Part shown: one piece after another, positions 11,318 to 19,516 of the stretch | Layout: every line of letters begins with the position of its first letter | How positions within the stretch are numbered: position 1 is the stretch's first letter | Source of the DNA: an uncultured Spirochaetota bacterium | GTDB lineage: Bacteria > Spirochaetota > Spirochaetia > SZUA-6 > Fen-1364 | Length of the DNA stretch: 64,000 bases | Assembly: GCA_963781885.1 (NCBI GenBank) | Contig: CAWAHW010000005.1 | Coordinates: 64,001 to 128,000 of the forward strand | Direction: 5' to 3' | Translations under genes and position numbers: made by a program | Notes under the pieces: generated by a model | What the model saw: only the letters and a program-made list of their open reading frames with translations | The model's database searches: none | Told to the model about the DNA's origin: nothing

Positions 11318-12171
11318 ACAAGAAAGAAGAGGGAATGCCGACCGCTCCCGCGCGAACGGCACAGAACATCGGTGTCGAGGTCTATGCCGGCCGCGAGCTT
11401 GCGGCATTTGCCGGCCGCGAGCAGCCCCGCGGAGTACCGTGGGAGGCGGCATTTGCCGGCCGCGAGCAGCCCCACTCACGGGAAGTGCACAGGGGCGGAC
11501 GCGCCGTCATATTGATTGCGGCAGGCGCGCGGCTGCCCGCCGCCTGCGCCATGACGTTCACCACGGTATCGGATCGTCAGCGCGCCATTGAAGTCAGGGT
11601 GGTGCGGTGCTCGGCGGACGCGCGGCCTTCGGGCGTCGTTGGGCGCTTTCTGCTTCCCGGCCTGTGCGACGGCGCGCGGGGGGAGGCACGCATCGACATC
11701 GGGCTGTCGCTCGACCAGGGCGGCGTGCTCCGCGCCTGGGCGGCAGACCGGGCGAGCGGTGCGCGCCAGGAGGCGTCCTTTGCCGGGCTGTGGGCTCTGG
11801 AGCCCGAGCTTCGGCCTGACGCGCGCGCGGCGCTCGCCCGGCGCGTCGACGCCGGCATCGATCGGGTCGAAGACGGCGCCCGGGAGGCCCTTCGGACTGA
11901 CCGCGACGAAGCCGAAAGATGGGCCCTCGGGGCCGGGCAGCCTGGGCGGGAAGCCTCTGCGGATTATGCGACCGCGTTGGCGACGCTCGCCGGTGAGATC
12001 GACGCGCGCCTGGCCCGCCGCGAACTTGCGGCATTTGATACCCGCCACGACCAGCCCCGCGGAGTACCGCGGGAGGCGGCATTTGATACCCGCCACGACC
12101 AGCCGCGCGGGATGCGGCAGGAGCCGGCAGCGAAGAAAGGCCGCGAAACCGGGCCCGGCGCCCGGGGGTAG
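11314..12171 (+). CDS. Stand-alone Hsp70/DnaK substrate-binding-domain protein (no ATPase domain)
   Basis: LIAAGARLP-TFTTVSDRQRAIEVRV-VGRFLLPGL-RGEARIDIGLSLDQGGVLRAWAAD aligns by eye with the DnaK SBD beta sandwich. Confidence 0.8.
   Translation: MNKKEEGMPTAPARTAQNIGVEVYAGRELAAFAGREQPRGVPWEAAFAGREQPHSREVHRGGRAVILIAAGARLPAACAMTFTTVSDRQRAIEVRVVRCSADARPSGVVGRFLLPGLCDGARGEARIDIGLSLDQGGVLRAWAADRASGARQEASFAGLWALEPELRPDARAALARRVDAGIDRVEDGAREALRTDRDEAERWALGAGQPGREASADYATALATLAGEIDARLARRELAAFDTRHDQPRGVPREAAFDTRHDQPRGMRQEPAAKKGRETGPGARG
11391..11473 (+). repeat. In-frame repeat element, copy A (45-bp period)
   Basis: gcggcatttgccggccgcgagcagcccc at 11401 and 11446, separated by gcggagtaccgtgggag. Confidence 0.9.
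12018..12106 (+). repeat. In-frame repeat element, copy B (48-bp period) with hairpin cccgcgg-agta-ccgcggg
   Basis: gcggcatttgatacccgccacgaccagcc at 12028 and 12076; same scaffold as copy A. Confidence 0.9.
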
Positions 12172-12177
12172 GCAAGC

Positions 12178-12594
12178 GTGCCACAGAAAGGATATGCCGG
12201 GCAGACCGCGGGAGATGTGCCGCGGCTGGGGAAGGTGCTTCTCCTCAGCACAAGCAGCGAGCGCCGTGCGGGAGCTGCGCGCGCGCTGGGCGCGCGCGGT
12301 TCCTTCACGGCATATGCCTACCTGCGCCACGCGCTCTGGGATGCCGAAGAGAACGTTCGCGCGAGCGCGATCGACGCCATCGGGGAGCTCGCGGTGAGCC
12401 AGTCGGCGGGAGAGCTCGCTGACGTCTACGCGTGGTCGGGTCCGCGCCTCCGCCGCGCCATCCTGCGCGTGGTGCAGCGCATCGGGACCGGGGCCGCCTT
12501 CGACGGCATCATCCGTCTGGCGTCCATCGATCCCGATCGCCGCGTGCGCGCGCTCGCGACACGCGCGGCGCAGATCCGCCGCGGGAGGTCCTGA
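12178..12594 (+). CDS. HEAT-repeat protein
   Basis: RAGAARALG, DAEENVRASAIDAIGEL and DPDRRVRALA HEAT-like repeats. Confidence 0.85.
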   Translation: MPQKGYAGQTAGDVPRLGKVLLLSTSSERRAGAARALGARGSFTAYAYLRHALWDAEENVRASAIDAIGELAVSQSAGELADVYAWSGPRLRRAILRVVQRIGTGAAFDGIIRLASIDPDRRVRALATRAAQIRRGRS

Positions 12595-12598
12595 GCCG

Positions 12599-13075
12599 AT
12601 GCGCAAGCGCTATGTCACCTTCAGCCTCGCCGCAGGCAGCTACTGCATCTCCGTGGACAGCGTGATGCAGATCCTGCGTCGGGAGAATCTCATCCAGGTC
12701 CCCAAGGCCCCGCCCTTTGTCGAGGGGGTTCTGAACATCCGCGGGGACATCCTCCCCGTGATCGATCTGCGCGCGCGGCTGGAGATCTCCCCCGGTGACG
12801 CGGCGAGCCGCGCCCCCGCGGACGCGCGCAAGAGACGCATCATCATCACGCGCGTGGGCGATCGCTCGTACGGACTGGACGTGGACGAGGTGCGGGAGAT
12901 CGTCGAGATCGAGGACGGGGGCATCACGACCGATGCCGCCACAATGCTCGGCGTCCGGCCGGACTTCATTCTGGGCATCGCGCGGCGCGAAGAGAGCGTC
13001 TACATCGTCCTGGATCTCGCGCGCGTCTTCGCCTCGGGAAGGGATGTCTCCGCGACTCTGCCGGGGACCTCATGA
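12599..13075 (+). CDS. cheW: Chemotaxis adaptor CheW
   Basis: VPKAPPFVEGVLNIRGDILPVIDLR motif. Confidence 0.95.
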   Translation: MRKRYVTFSLAAGSYCISVDSVMQILRRENLIQVPKAPPFVEGVLNIRGDILPVIDLRARLEISPGDAASRAPADARKRRIIITRVGDRSYGLDVDEVREIVEIEDGGITTDAATMLGVRPDFILGIARREESVYIVLDLARVFASGRDVSATLPGTS

Positions 13076-15231
13076 TGGCGTCCGTGGGCCTGGATGACAC
13101 ACGTCTCCGCAAGGCGTTCCTCGAGGAAGCAGAGGAGCTCAGCCAGAAGCTGGGCGACTCCCTGCTGGGCCTGGAGACCGACGCGGGAAATGCCGATCTC
13201 ATCAACGAGGTGTTCCGCCTCACGCATTCGCTGAAATCGGAATCAGCCCTCATGGGCTTTGGGCGGCTGTCGGAGCTTGCCCATCGCATGGAGGACGTCC
13301 TGGGGCTCGCCCGCGACGGCACGCTCCGCCTCTCCAAGCCGGCCCTCGACGGCATCTTTGCCGGCGCCGACCTTATCGCGGAGATGATGGCTGCCATCGC
13401 AAAGGGTGACAGCGACTCGGATTTCGATACGGCGGCCGTGCTCGCGACACTTGCCGCTTTCGGCGCTGGACAGGGAAAGGCGCGCCAGGCGCCCGCGCCG
13501 GATAAGGCAGGAATGCCGCCAGGAGCGGCCGCAGGAATGCCGCCAGGAGCGGCCGCAGGAATGCCGCCAGGAGCGGCCGCGGAAACGCCATCCGTCGCGC
13601 CGACCCCCGCGGTCGGGTCGGACCTGCCTTCAGCGCTGAATGAGTTCCAGAGGAAGCAGCTTGCCGAAGCCCGCGACAGGGGAGAGACCCTGTACCGGAT
13701 CACCGTGCGGGTCGATCCATCGGAGCCCATGATGTTCCCGCGCGCCTACCTGGTCTTCTTCAACCTCGAGGCGCGGGCGAATGTCGTCCGCGTCACGCCC
13801 GCCATGGACGGCGATCCCGTCGACGATGCACTCTACGGCCGCACGGTGCTGCTCCTCACCGCACAAGAGGAAGAGGAGGCCCTCCGCACTGCCGCTGGCG
13901 TCGACCAGATCGCTGACGTGCTCGTCGAGCGGCCGGGCTATGAAGACTACCTTCGCCCGGCGACGCCTCCCGCCGCCGCAACGGCTGCCCTGGCGCCCGC
14001 CGTGGAGCCGGGCCCGGCCGCGTCTCCGTCAGAAGAGCCGGCGCGCCGGGTCGCCGCCGTGGAGAAGACGTCGATCCGGGTGGACACGCGGAAGCTCGAC
14101 GACCTGTGGAGTCTCATCGCGGAGCTCGTGCTCCACAAGTCCCACATCGCGCGGCTCTCCGACGACATCGGCAAGGGGGTGGACGTCCACACGGTGCAGG
14201 AAGAGCTCGTGGAATCCTTCGATTCGCTGGACAAGATCTCCGGGGGAATGCAGCAGGCGATGATGGACACCCGCATGATTCCGATCTCCGTCATCTTCAG
14301 CAAGTTCCCGCGCCTCGTGCGCGACCTTTCCCGCAAGGTCGGCAAGCCCGTCGAGCTGGACATGTCCGGCGAGGACACGGAGATCGACCGGGGCATCGTG
14401 GAAGCCCTCTCCGATCCGCTCACCCACATCATCCGCAACTCGCTCGATCACGGCATCGAGTTTCCCGAAGAGCGCGTGCGCCACGGCAAGCCCGAGAAGG
14501 GCCGCGTGAGCGTCGCCGCGCGGCGCCAGGGAGGGAACATCGTCATTGAGCTTACCGACGACGGCCGCGGCATGGATCCCGAGCGCATCCGGCACAAGGC
14601 GATCACGATGAGGATCCCCGGCGCGGACGCGTTCACCGAGTCGCAGCTTCTCGACCTCGTGTTCCTGCCCGGCTTCAGCACGAAGGAGGTCGTCACCGAC
14701 CTGTCGGGCCGCGGCGTGGGCATGGACGTCGTCGCCACCCGCATCCGGCGCGACCTGAAAGGCGACGTCGTCCTGCGCACGGAGGTGGGCAAGGGAACGC
14801 GGGTCACGCTGCTCCTGCCCCTGACGCTCACCATCGTCAACGCGCTGCTCGTGCGGGGGGACAACCAGATCTACGCAATTCCGCTCACGGACCTCGACTC
14901 GACGGCGAAGCTGCTCGCGACGGAAATCGGAGGGGAGGAGGGGAAAGAGACCTCCCTCTGGGCCGGTGAGGAGGTCGCCGTCTACTCGCTCGGAGCGCTT
15001 TTTGGAGCGGGCAGGCGCCGGGCGGAGGAGTATTTCGCGGCGGTCCTGCGGCACGGCGACCGCCGCGCGCTCTTGATCGTGGATGAGCTGATCGAGGAGC
15101 GCGAGGTGGTCATCAAGCCCGTGGACGATCTCCTGAATCCCGAGAGAATGTTTTCCGGCGTCTCCGTCCTGGAGGACGGCAGGCTCGTCTTCATACTTGA
15201 CACGTCGTTCGTTCGGCGCGAAAACTTCTAG
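13072..15231 (+). CDS. cheA: Chemotaxis histidine kinase CheA (P1-P2-P3-P4-P5)
   Basis: FRLTHSLKS Hpt; SIRVD dimerisation; HIIRNSLDHGIE, DDGRG, PGFST, SGRGVGMDVV; C-terminal CheW-like domain. Confidence 0.97.
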   Translation: MMASVGLDDTRLRKAFLEEAEELSQKLGDSLLGLETDAGNADLINEVFRLTHSLKSESALMGFGRLSELAHRMEDVLGLARDGTLRLSKPALDGIFAGADLIAEMMAAIAKGDSDSDFDTAAVLATLAAFGAGQGKARQAPAPDKAGMPPGAAAGMPPGAAAGMPPGAAAETPSVAPTPAVGSDLPSALNEFQRKQLAEARDRGETLYRITVRVDPSEPMMFPRAYLVFFNLEARANVVRVTPAMDGDPVDDALYGRTVLLLTAQEEEEALRTAAGVDQIADVLVERPGYEDYLRPATPPAAATAALAPAVEPGPAASPSEEPARRVAAVEKTSIRVDTRKLDDLWSLIAELVLHKSHIARLSDDIGKGVDVHTVQEELVESFDSLDKISGGMQQAMMDTRMIPISVIFSKFPRLVRDLSRKVGKPVELDMSGEDTEIDRGIVEALSDPLTHIIRNSLDHGIEFPEERVRHGKPEKGRVSVAARRQGGNIVIELTDDGRGMDPERIRHKAITMRIPGADAFTESQLLDLVFLPGFSTKEVVTDLSGRGVGMDVVATRIRRDLKGDVVLRTEVGKGTRVTLLLPLTLTIVNALLVRGDNQIYAIPLTDLDSTAKLLATEIGGEEGKETSLWAGEEVAVYSLGALFGAGRRRAEEYFAAVLRHGDRRALLIVDELIEEREVVIKPVDDLLNPERMFSGVSVLEDGRLVFILDTSFVRRENF
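13507..13580 (+). repeat. Perfect 24-bp tandem repeat x3 in the CheA P1-P2 linker (AGMPPGAA)
   Basis: gcaggaatgccgccaggagcggcc at 13507, 13531 and 13555. Confidence 0.95.
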
Positions 15232-15242
15232 GAGGAGGCCTC

Positions 15243-15611
15243 ATGGGCGCCAACATACTCATTGCCGACGATCTGTCCTTCATGCGCATGATTCAGAAGG
15301 AAATCCTCACCGAACGCGGCTACACGGTCGTCGGGGAGGCGGCGGATGGTCTGGAGGCGGTGGAGAAGTTCAAGAGTCTCCGTCCCGACCTCGTTCTCCT
15401 GGACATCACGATGCCCAACATGAACGGCCTGGAGGCCATGCGGAAGATCTTCTCGCTCGATCCGCACGCAAAAGTGATCATGTGCTCGGCGCTCGGCCAG
15501 CAGAATCTCATCGTGGAAGCGATCAAGGCGGGTGTGAAAGACTTCATCGTGAAGCCTTTCAAGCCGGAGAGGATCCTCTCCGCCATCGAAAAGGCCCTGA
15601 AAACCTCCTGA
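15243..15611 (+). CDS. cheY: Chemotaxis response regulator CheY
   Basis: Single receiver domain (ADDLSFMR, DITMP, SALGQ, KPF) after cheA; SD AGGAGG. Confidence 0.95.
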   Translation: MGANILIADDLSFMRMIQKEILTERGYTVVGEAADGLEAVEKFKSLRPDLVLLDITMPNMNGLEAMRKIFSLDPHAKVIMCSALGQQNLIVEAIKAGVKDFIVKPFKPERILSAIEKALKTS

Positions 15612-15629
15612 GGGGCGCAGGCGCGGGAC

Positions 15630-15668
15630 AAAAAAAAACGGTATGCCTGGACGTCCGCGCATACCGTT
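15630..15668 (-). terminator. Intrinsic terminator on the minus strand
   Basis: Minus strand AACGGTATGC-N12-GCATACCGTT running into a 9-T tract. Confidence 0.9.
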
Positions 15669-15697
15669 GGTATGAGAAGAGGAATATTATCCTCACC
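15630..15697 (-). ncRNA. Candidate sigma28-dependent small RNA (about 68 nt)
   Basis: Bounded by a sigma28-type promoter and a terminator; no AUG-initiated ORF can complete inside it; 5' hairpin GAGGA-UAAUAU-UCCUC. Confidence 0.55.
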
Positions 15698-15702
15698 AAA
15701 AA

Positions 15703-15729
15703 AGATCGGCGGCCCCCCGGGAACCTTTA
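15703..15729 (-). promoter_or_regulatory. Sigma28 (FliA)-type promoter overlapping the maf stop codon
   Basis: Minus strand TAAAGGTT-N11-GCCGATCT versus consensus TAAAGTTT-N11-GCCGATAA. Confidence 0.75.
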
Positions 15730-17577
15730 GGGAAAAATCTTCCGTCGCGCGCGCCGCAGGAGACCCTGCTGCCATGCCGCCGACTCCGCGATTCCTTCGT
15801 ACAGCGCGGCGCTGCGCGCGAGCACGATGTCGCGGCTGGTGGCGCTGTCGCCATCGGCTTCGATCCCGTGAAGGGTCGCCTGCACGAGAAACCCCGCGAT
15901 GGTGCGGGAGGAGAGGGCGAGGATCCCCCGATCCACGGCGTCCATCTCTTCCAGACAGCGGCGCACGTTCTCCCTGCCGTGGAGGAGAGCCGCGAGCTCC
16001 CGGCTCAGGGACAGGCCGCGGCGGCAGAGCGCCGCAAGCCGGTCAAGCTCCTGTTCCACGGTCTCGATGCTGACGCGCAGACGCTCGCCCCCTCCCGTAT
16101 CCCGCATGCGATGCATCTCCCTCACGCGATCCATCGCGCGGTCGATCGCGGGCCGAAGCCGGGGCAGGGACAGCATCTGCTCCGAGGGCGCGTAGGGCAT
16201 GCCCTCGATGGCGACGCCGTCGGGTGAGAGCGTGGCGCATTGCAGCTCGGGATGAATGCGCAGCTGATTCTCGAACCACCACTTGTAGAGAAGCATTCTC
16301 CTGTCGGTGAACGTGACGCCGCCGCCCGTGGAGCGCGCCGGGAAAAGCCCGATGTCGCGGATGGAGCGCCAGGCGCTGCCCTCCGCCGGGGCAAGGCGGC
16401 CGGCCGAGGAATGCCATATTTCTTCTGCGAATACGCCCCTGCAGTGCGTGCGCATGCCCGGGAATCCCAGGTCAAGGCCGGCGGCGTAGATCGGGCGGGC
16501 GCCCAGAATGCGCGCGAGGTCCCACGCGGAGGTGGCGACCGAGCCCCCGGCTCCGAGCTTTCCTTTTTCTCCCACGGCCGTTTCCAGGATTTCCCCGAGC
16601 GGGAATAGCGAGCTGCAGAGGAAGAAGGGGGCAGCCTCGCGGCGGAAGACACGCGGGCAGGTGGACGGCTCGGCGACAAGGACGCCCTTCTCCGTGCCGG
16701 TCCAGTCGAGGTACCGGGAGGCCCAGTACTGCGGATCGACGACGACCGTGAAGTCCGGCTCCACGCCGCGGGCGCGCAGCGCGGCAACCGGCGTATTGAC
16801 CGAGATGATCAGCATGCGTTCCCGCAGCGCGGAAAGGTGCGGCATGAGCGCGTCAAGGCTCGGGCCGCCCGCGACCACAAGTCCGGGCACATCCGCGAAG
16901 AGTCCCGTGAGCTGCGTCACTCCGGGGCAGCGAAGAAACGCGTCGAGGTTGCGGCACAGGTTGCGCACCCACAGCCGTCCGAACCGGGAAAGGGTATTGA
17001 CGTTGATGTCCTTGCGGAGAGCCCACGAGTGAATCGTCTCTTCGGCGGCACGGTAGGCGGCGGGGAGCGCGCGAATTGCGGGCCGCAGGCGCAGGAAACA
17101 GGGCCGCGCCATCGGCAGCGCATCGAGGAGAACGGGCAGGCCTTCCGGCTGTGGGTCGACGTGAAAGCGCACGGCGGGATCGGCAAGCAGGGGCCGCAGA
17201 TCGCGGGCGGAAAGGGCGGCGGAAAATAGGCCGGCATCCGGCTCCACGACGAGGACGGGGATGCGCGGGAAAAGCCTCCGCGCGGCTTCCGCGCCGTATC
17301 CCAACCCGAATCCCAGCACGATGATCGCCGTGCACGCGGGATCGATCTCCCGCGCAGCCTGCTGGTCCGCGTCCCGGGCAGGATCGCGCAGCCCGTGGAG
17401 GTGGAGGCCGTCCAGAACGGCCGTGGGACGGCCGGACGGCGTGGCGATGATGGCGACCCGCGGCGAGGTCTTTTCTGCTGCGGCGGTCGATGCGGCAGCG
17501 GAAGGGTGGCGCGCCGCCAGCGCCTCGAAATTGGCCTTCCAGAATGAAGCGTCGGGGTCGCCTGCCGGCGCGCTCAC
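15727..17577 (-). CDS. Motility-associated factor (Maf/DUF115) flagellin glycosyltransferase-family protein
   Basis: VLGFGLGYG, VVAGGPSL, PDFTVVVDPQ, GGSVATSA, LGARPIYAAGLDL motifs; GTG start overlaps the PBP stop. Confidence 0.88.
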   Translation of the reverse strand: MSAPAGDPDASFWKANFEALAARHPSAAASTAAAEKTSPRVAIIATPSGRPTAVLDGLHLHGLRDPARDADQQAAREIDPACTAIIVLGFGLGYGAEAARRLFPRIPVLVVEPDAGLFSAALSARDLRPLLADPAVRFHVDPQPEGLPVLLDALPMARPCFLRLRPAIRALPAAYRAAEETIHSWALRKDINVNTLSRFGRLWVRNLCRNLDAFLRCPGVTQLTGLFADVPGLVVAGGPSLDALMPHLSALRERMLIISVNTPVAALRARGVEPDFTVVVDPQYWASRYLDWTGTEKGVLVAEPSTCPRVFRREAAPFFLCSSLFPLGEILETAVGEKGKLGAGGSVATSAWDLARILGARPIYAAGLDLGFPGMRTHCRGVFAEEIWHSSAGRLAPAEGSAWRSIRDIGLFPARSTGGGVTFTDRRMLLYKWWFENQLRIHPELQCATLSPDGVAIEGMPYAPSEQMLSLPRLRPAIDRAMDRVREMHRMRDTGGGERLRVSIETVEQELDRLAALCRRGLSLSRELAALLHGRENVRRCLEEMDAVDRGILALSSRTIAGFLVQATLHGIEADGDSATSRDIVLARSAALYEGIAESAAWQQGLLRRARRKIFP

Positions 17578-19465
17578 CGCAGCTCCAGGACGATCGAGGT
17601 TCCCGCTTCGATGGGCGTCCCGGGTGCCGGCGTCTGGTGCGCGACGAATCCCGTGCCGTTGATCGTGACATTCAGATCGCTGCGCAGGAGGAGCGGCAGG
17701 AGCAGCTTCTTGGGCACACCCTTGAGGTCCGGCATCGAGTCGCCGATCGCGACGGGCGGCGCATATGCCACAGTATCGGGTGGGGTGGCGGGCCTGGTTC
17801 CCGTCCGGGGAATGCCGACCTTGTCGATGATGCCCAGCGCCACCGCACGGAATATGGGCGCCGCGATCTGCGAGCCGTAGTAGCTCTGCCCGCGGGGGTT
17901 CTGCATGGCGACATAGACGATGTAGCGCGGATCGTCGGTGGGGAATATGCCGATCATGGATGCCACGAAGTCCTCCGCGGAATACGTTCCGGTCTTCGGG
18001 TTGGCCACCTGGGCCGTTCCCGTCTTCGCGGATATCCTCACGCCATCGATGGCGGCCCGGTGAGCCGTCCCCGCGGGCCACGATGCGGTCTCCATCCAGC
18101 CGAGCATCGTGCGGGCCGTGTCCGGCGACACGACCTCCCAGAGCGGCTCCCGGCCGAACTCCTTCACCACGACACCCTGCGGTGAGACGATCTTCTTCAC
18201 GAGCTGCGGCTTCAGGAGAACCCCGCCATCGGCGATCGCCGTGGCGGCCGCCATCACCTGCATGGCGGACACGGCCACCTCCTGGCCCATCGCGATGGTG
18301 GGCTTGGAGCGCGCGGACCACTGCGACGCGGGCTTGAAAAGGCCGGCCGTCTCCCCCTGGAGCGGCACGCCGGTCGGTTTGCCGAATCCGAAACGCGAGA
18401 GCATGCGGTAAAAGCTTTCGTTGTCGGTCCTGTCAGAAGCGTAGGCCGCACCGACATTGGAGGAAAACTCGATGATCTTCTGCGGGGTGACGATGCCGTA
18501 CGGGGCCAGATCGCGGATGCGGATCACCTCGCCGCTGGAGAGTTTCTTCTCATACACGCCGGGCGCGTTGAACTGGTCCTGCGGCGTGATGGCCCCCAGG
18601 TCGAGAAGCGAGGAAAGGGAGAATATCTTGAACACGGACCCCGGCTCGTAGGCGGCGGTCACCGGCCGGTTCTTGAGCCCTTCCGCGTCGATCTGCGGCG
18701 AATCCTTCTGGAACTCGTTGGGATCGAAATCCGGCAGGGAGGTATAGGCGAGTATCTCCCCGGTATGCGCGTCCATGACGAGGATCGTGAGGAAGTCGGG
18801 CTTGTTGGCCTGCATCGCCTCCCGCGCCGTGGAGTCCGCGATGTACTGGAAGTCCAGGTCGATGGTGAGGAAAACCTGGTCCCCGTATACCGTCGATGCG
18901 TCGGTGCCGACCGAAGGGGGAGAGAGCTCGTTGTTGTAGGTGTATTCGATGCCATCCAGCGCCACGCCGTCCGCCCCGAGATAGCCGACGACGTGGGACG
19001 CGAGCCTTCCCTGCGGATAGAACCTGCTGAAATCGTCTTCGATCTTCACGCCGGGATCTTGCCGTCAGCCTTGAGCTTCGCGAGCGCCGCCGATTCTTCG
19101 GGGGTGATGCGCCGCTTGATCACGGCATAGCCGTCGTGGGAGCGCAGCGTTTCGAGCACGGCTGCAGGCTCCATGCCCAGCGCCGTCGCGAGCTCCTGCG
19201 CCGTCTCTTCCGCGTTCGTGACGGAGGGGGTCCAGACGGAGACCCGCTGGAGCCGCGTCGTGACTGCCAGGATCCTTCCCTGCCGGTCCAGGATGCTCCC
19301 CCGCTGCACCTCGGGCATGACGATGGTCTCCCCGCCTTCCTGGGCGGGAAGCACGATGGTGAGCCGCACGAGCTGGACGATGAGGACGACGGCGATAAGG
19401 CCCAGAAACGACGCGAAGACGACCAGGCGCCTCCGGGCGCGTGTCTTTTCGCTGCGATCAGTCAC
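17574..19465 (-). CDS. ftsI: Class B penicillin-binding protein, FtsI-like with C-terminal PASTA (apparent frameshift near 19051)
   Basis: RGSILDRQG, RFYPQG, EPGSVFK (SxxK), SSN, KTGTAQ; one missing C joins ORFs 19046..19465 and 17574..19049. Confidence 0.88.
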
Positions 19466-19516
19466 GGGCAGCGTTCCCCTCCCACGGGCGCTTCATAGTA
19501 ATACGGCGCAGGACAA

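Noticed and set aside
11391-12106. CRISPR-like repeat-spacer units or IS terminal repeats around the Hsp70 fragment
   Set aside because: The intervening segment is the same in both copies, the units are in frame within a CDS, and no transposase is present
17578-18321. N-terminal extension of the Maf glycosyltransferase
   Set aside because: It overlaps the PBP gene in another frame; GTG 17577 gives a normal coupled start
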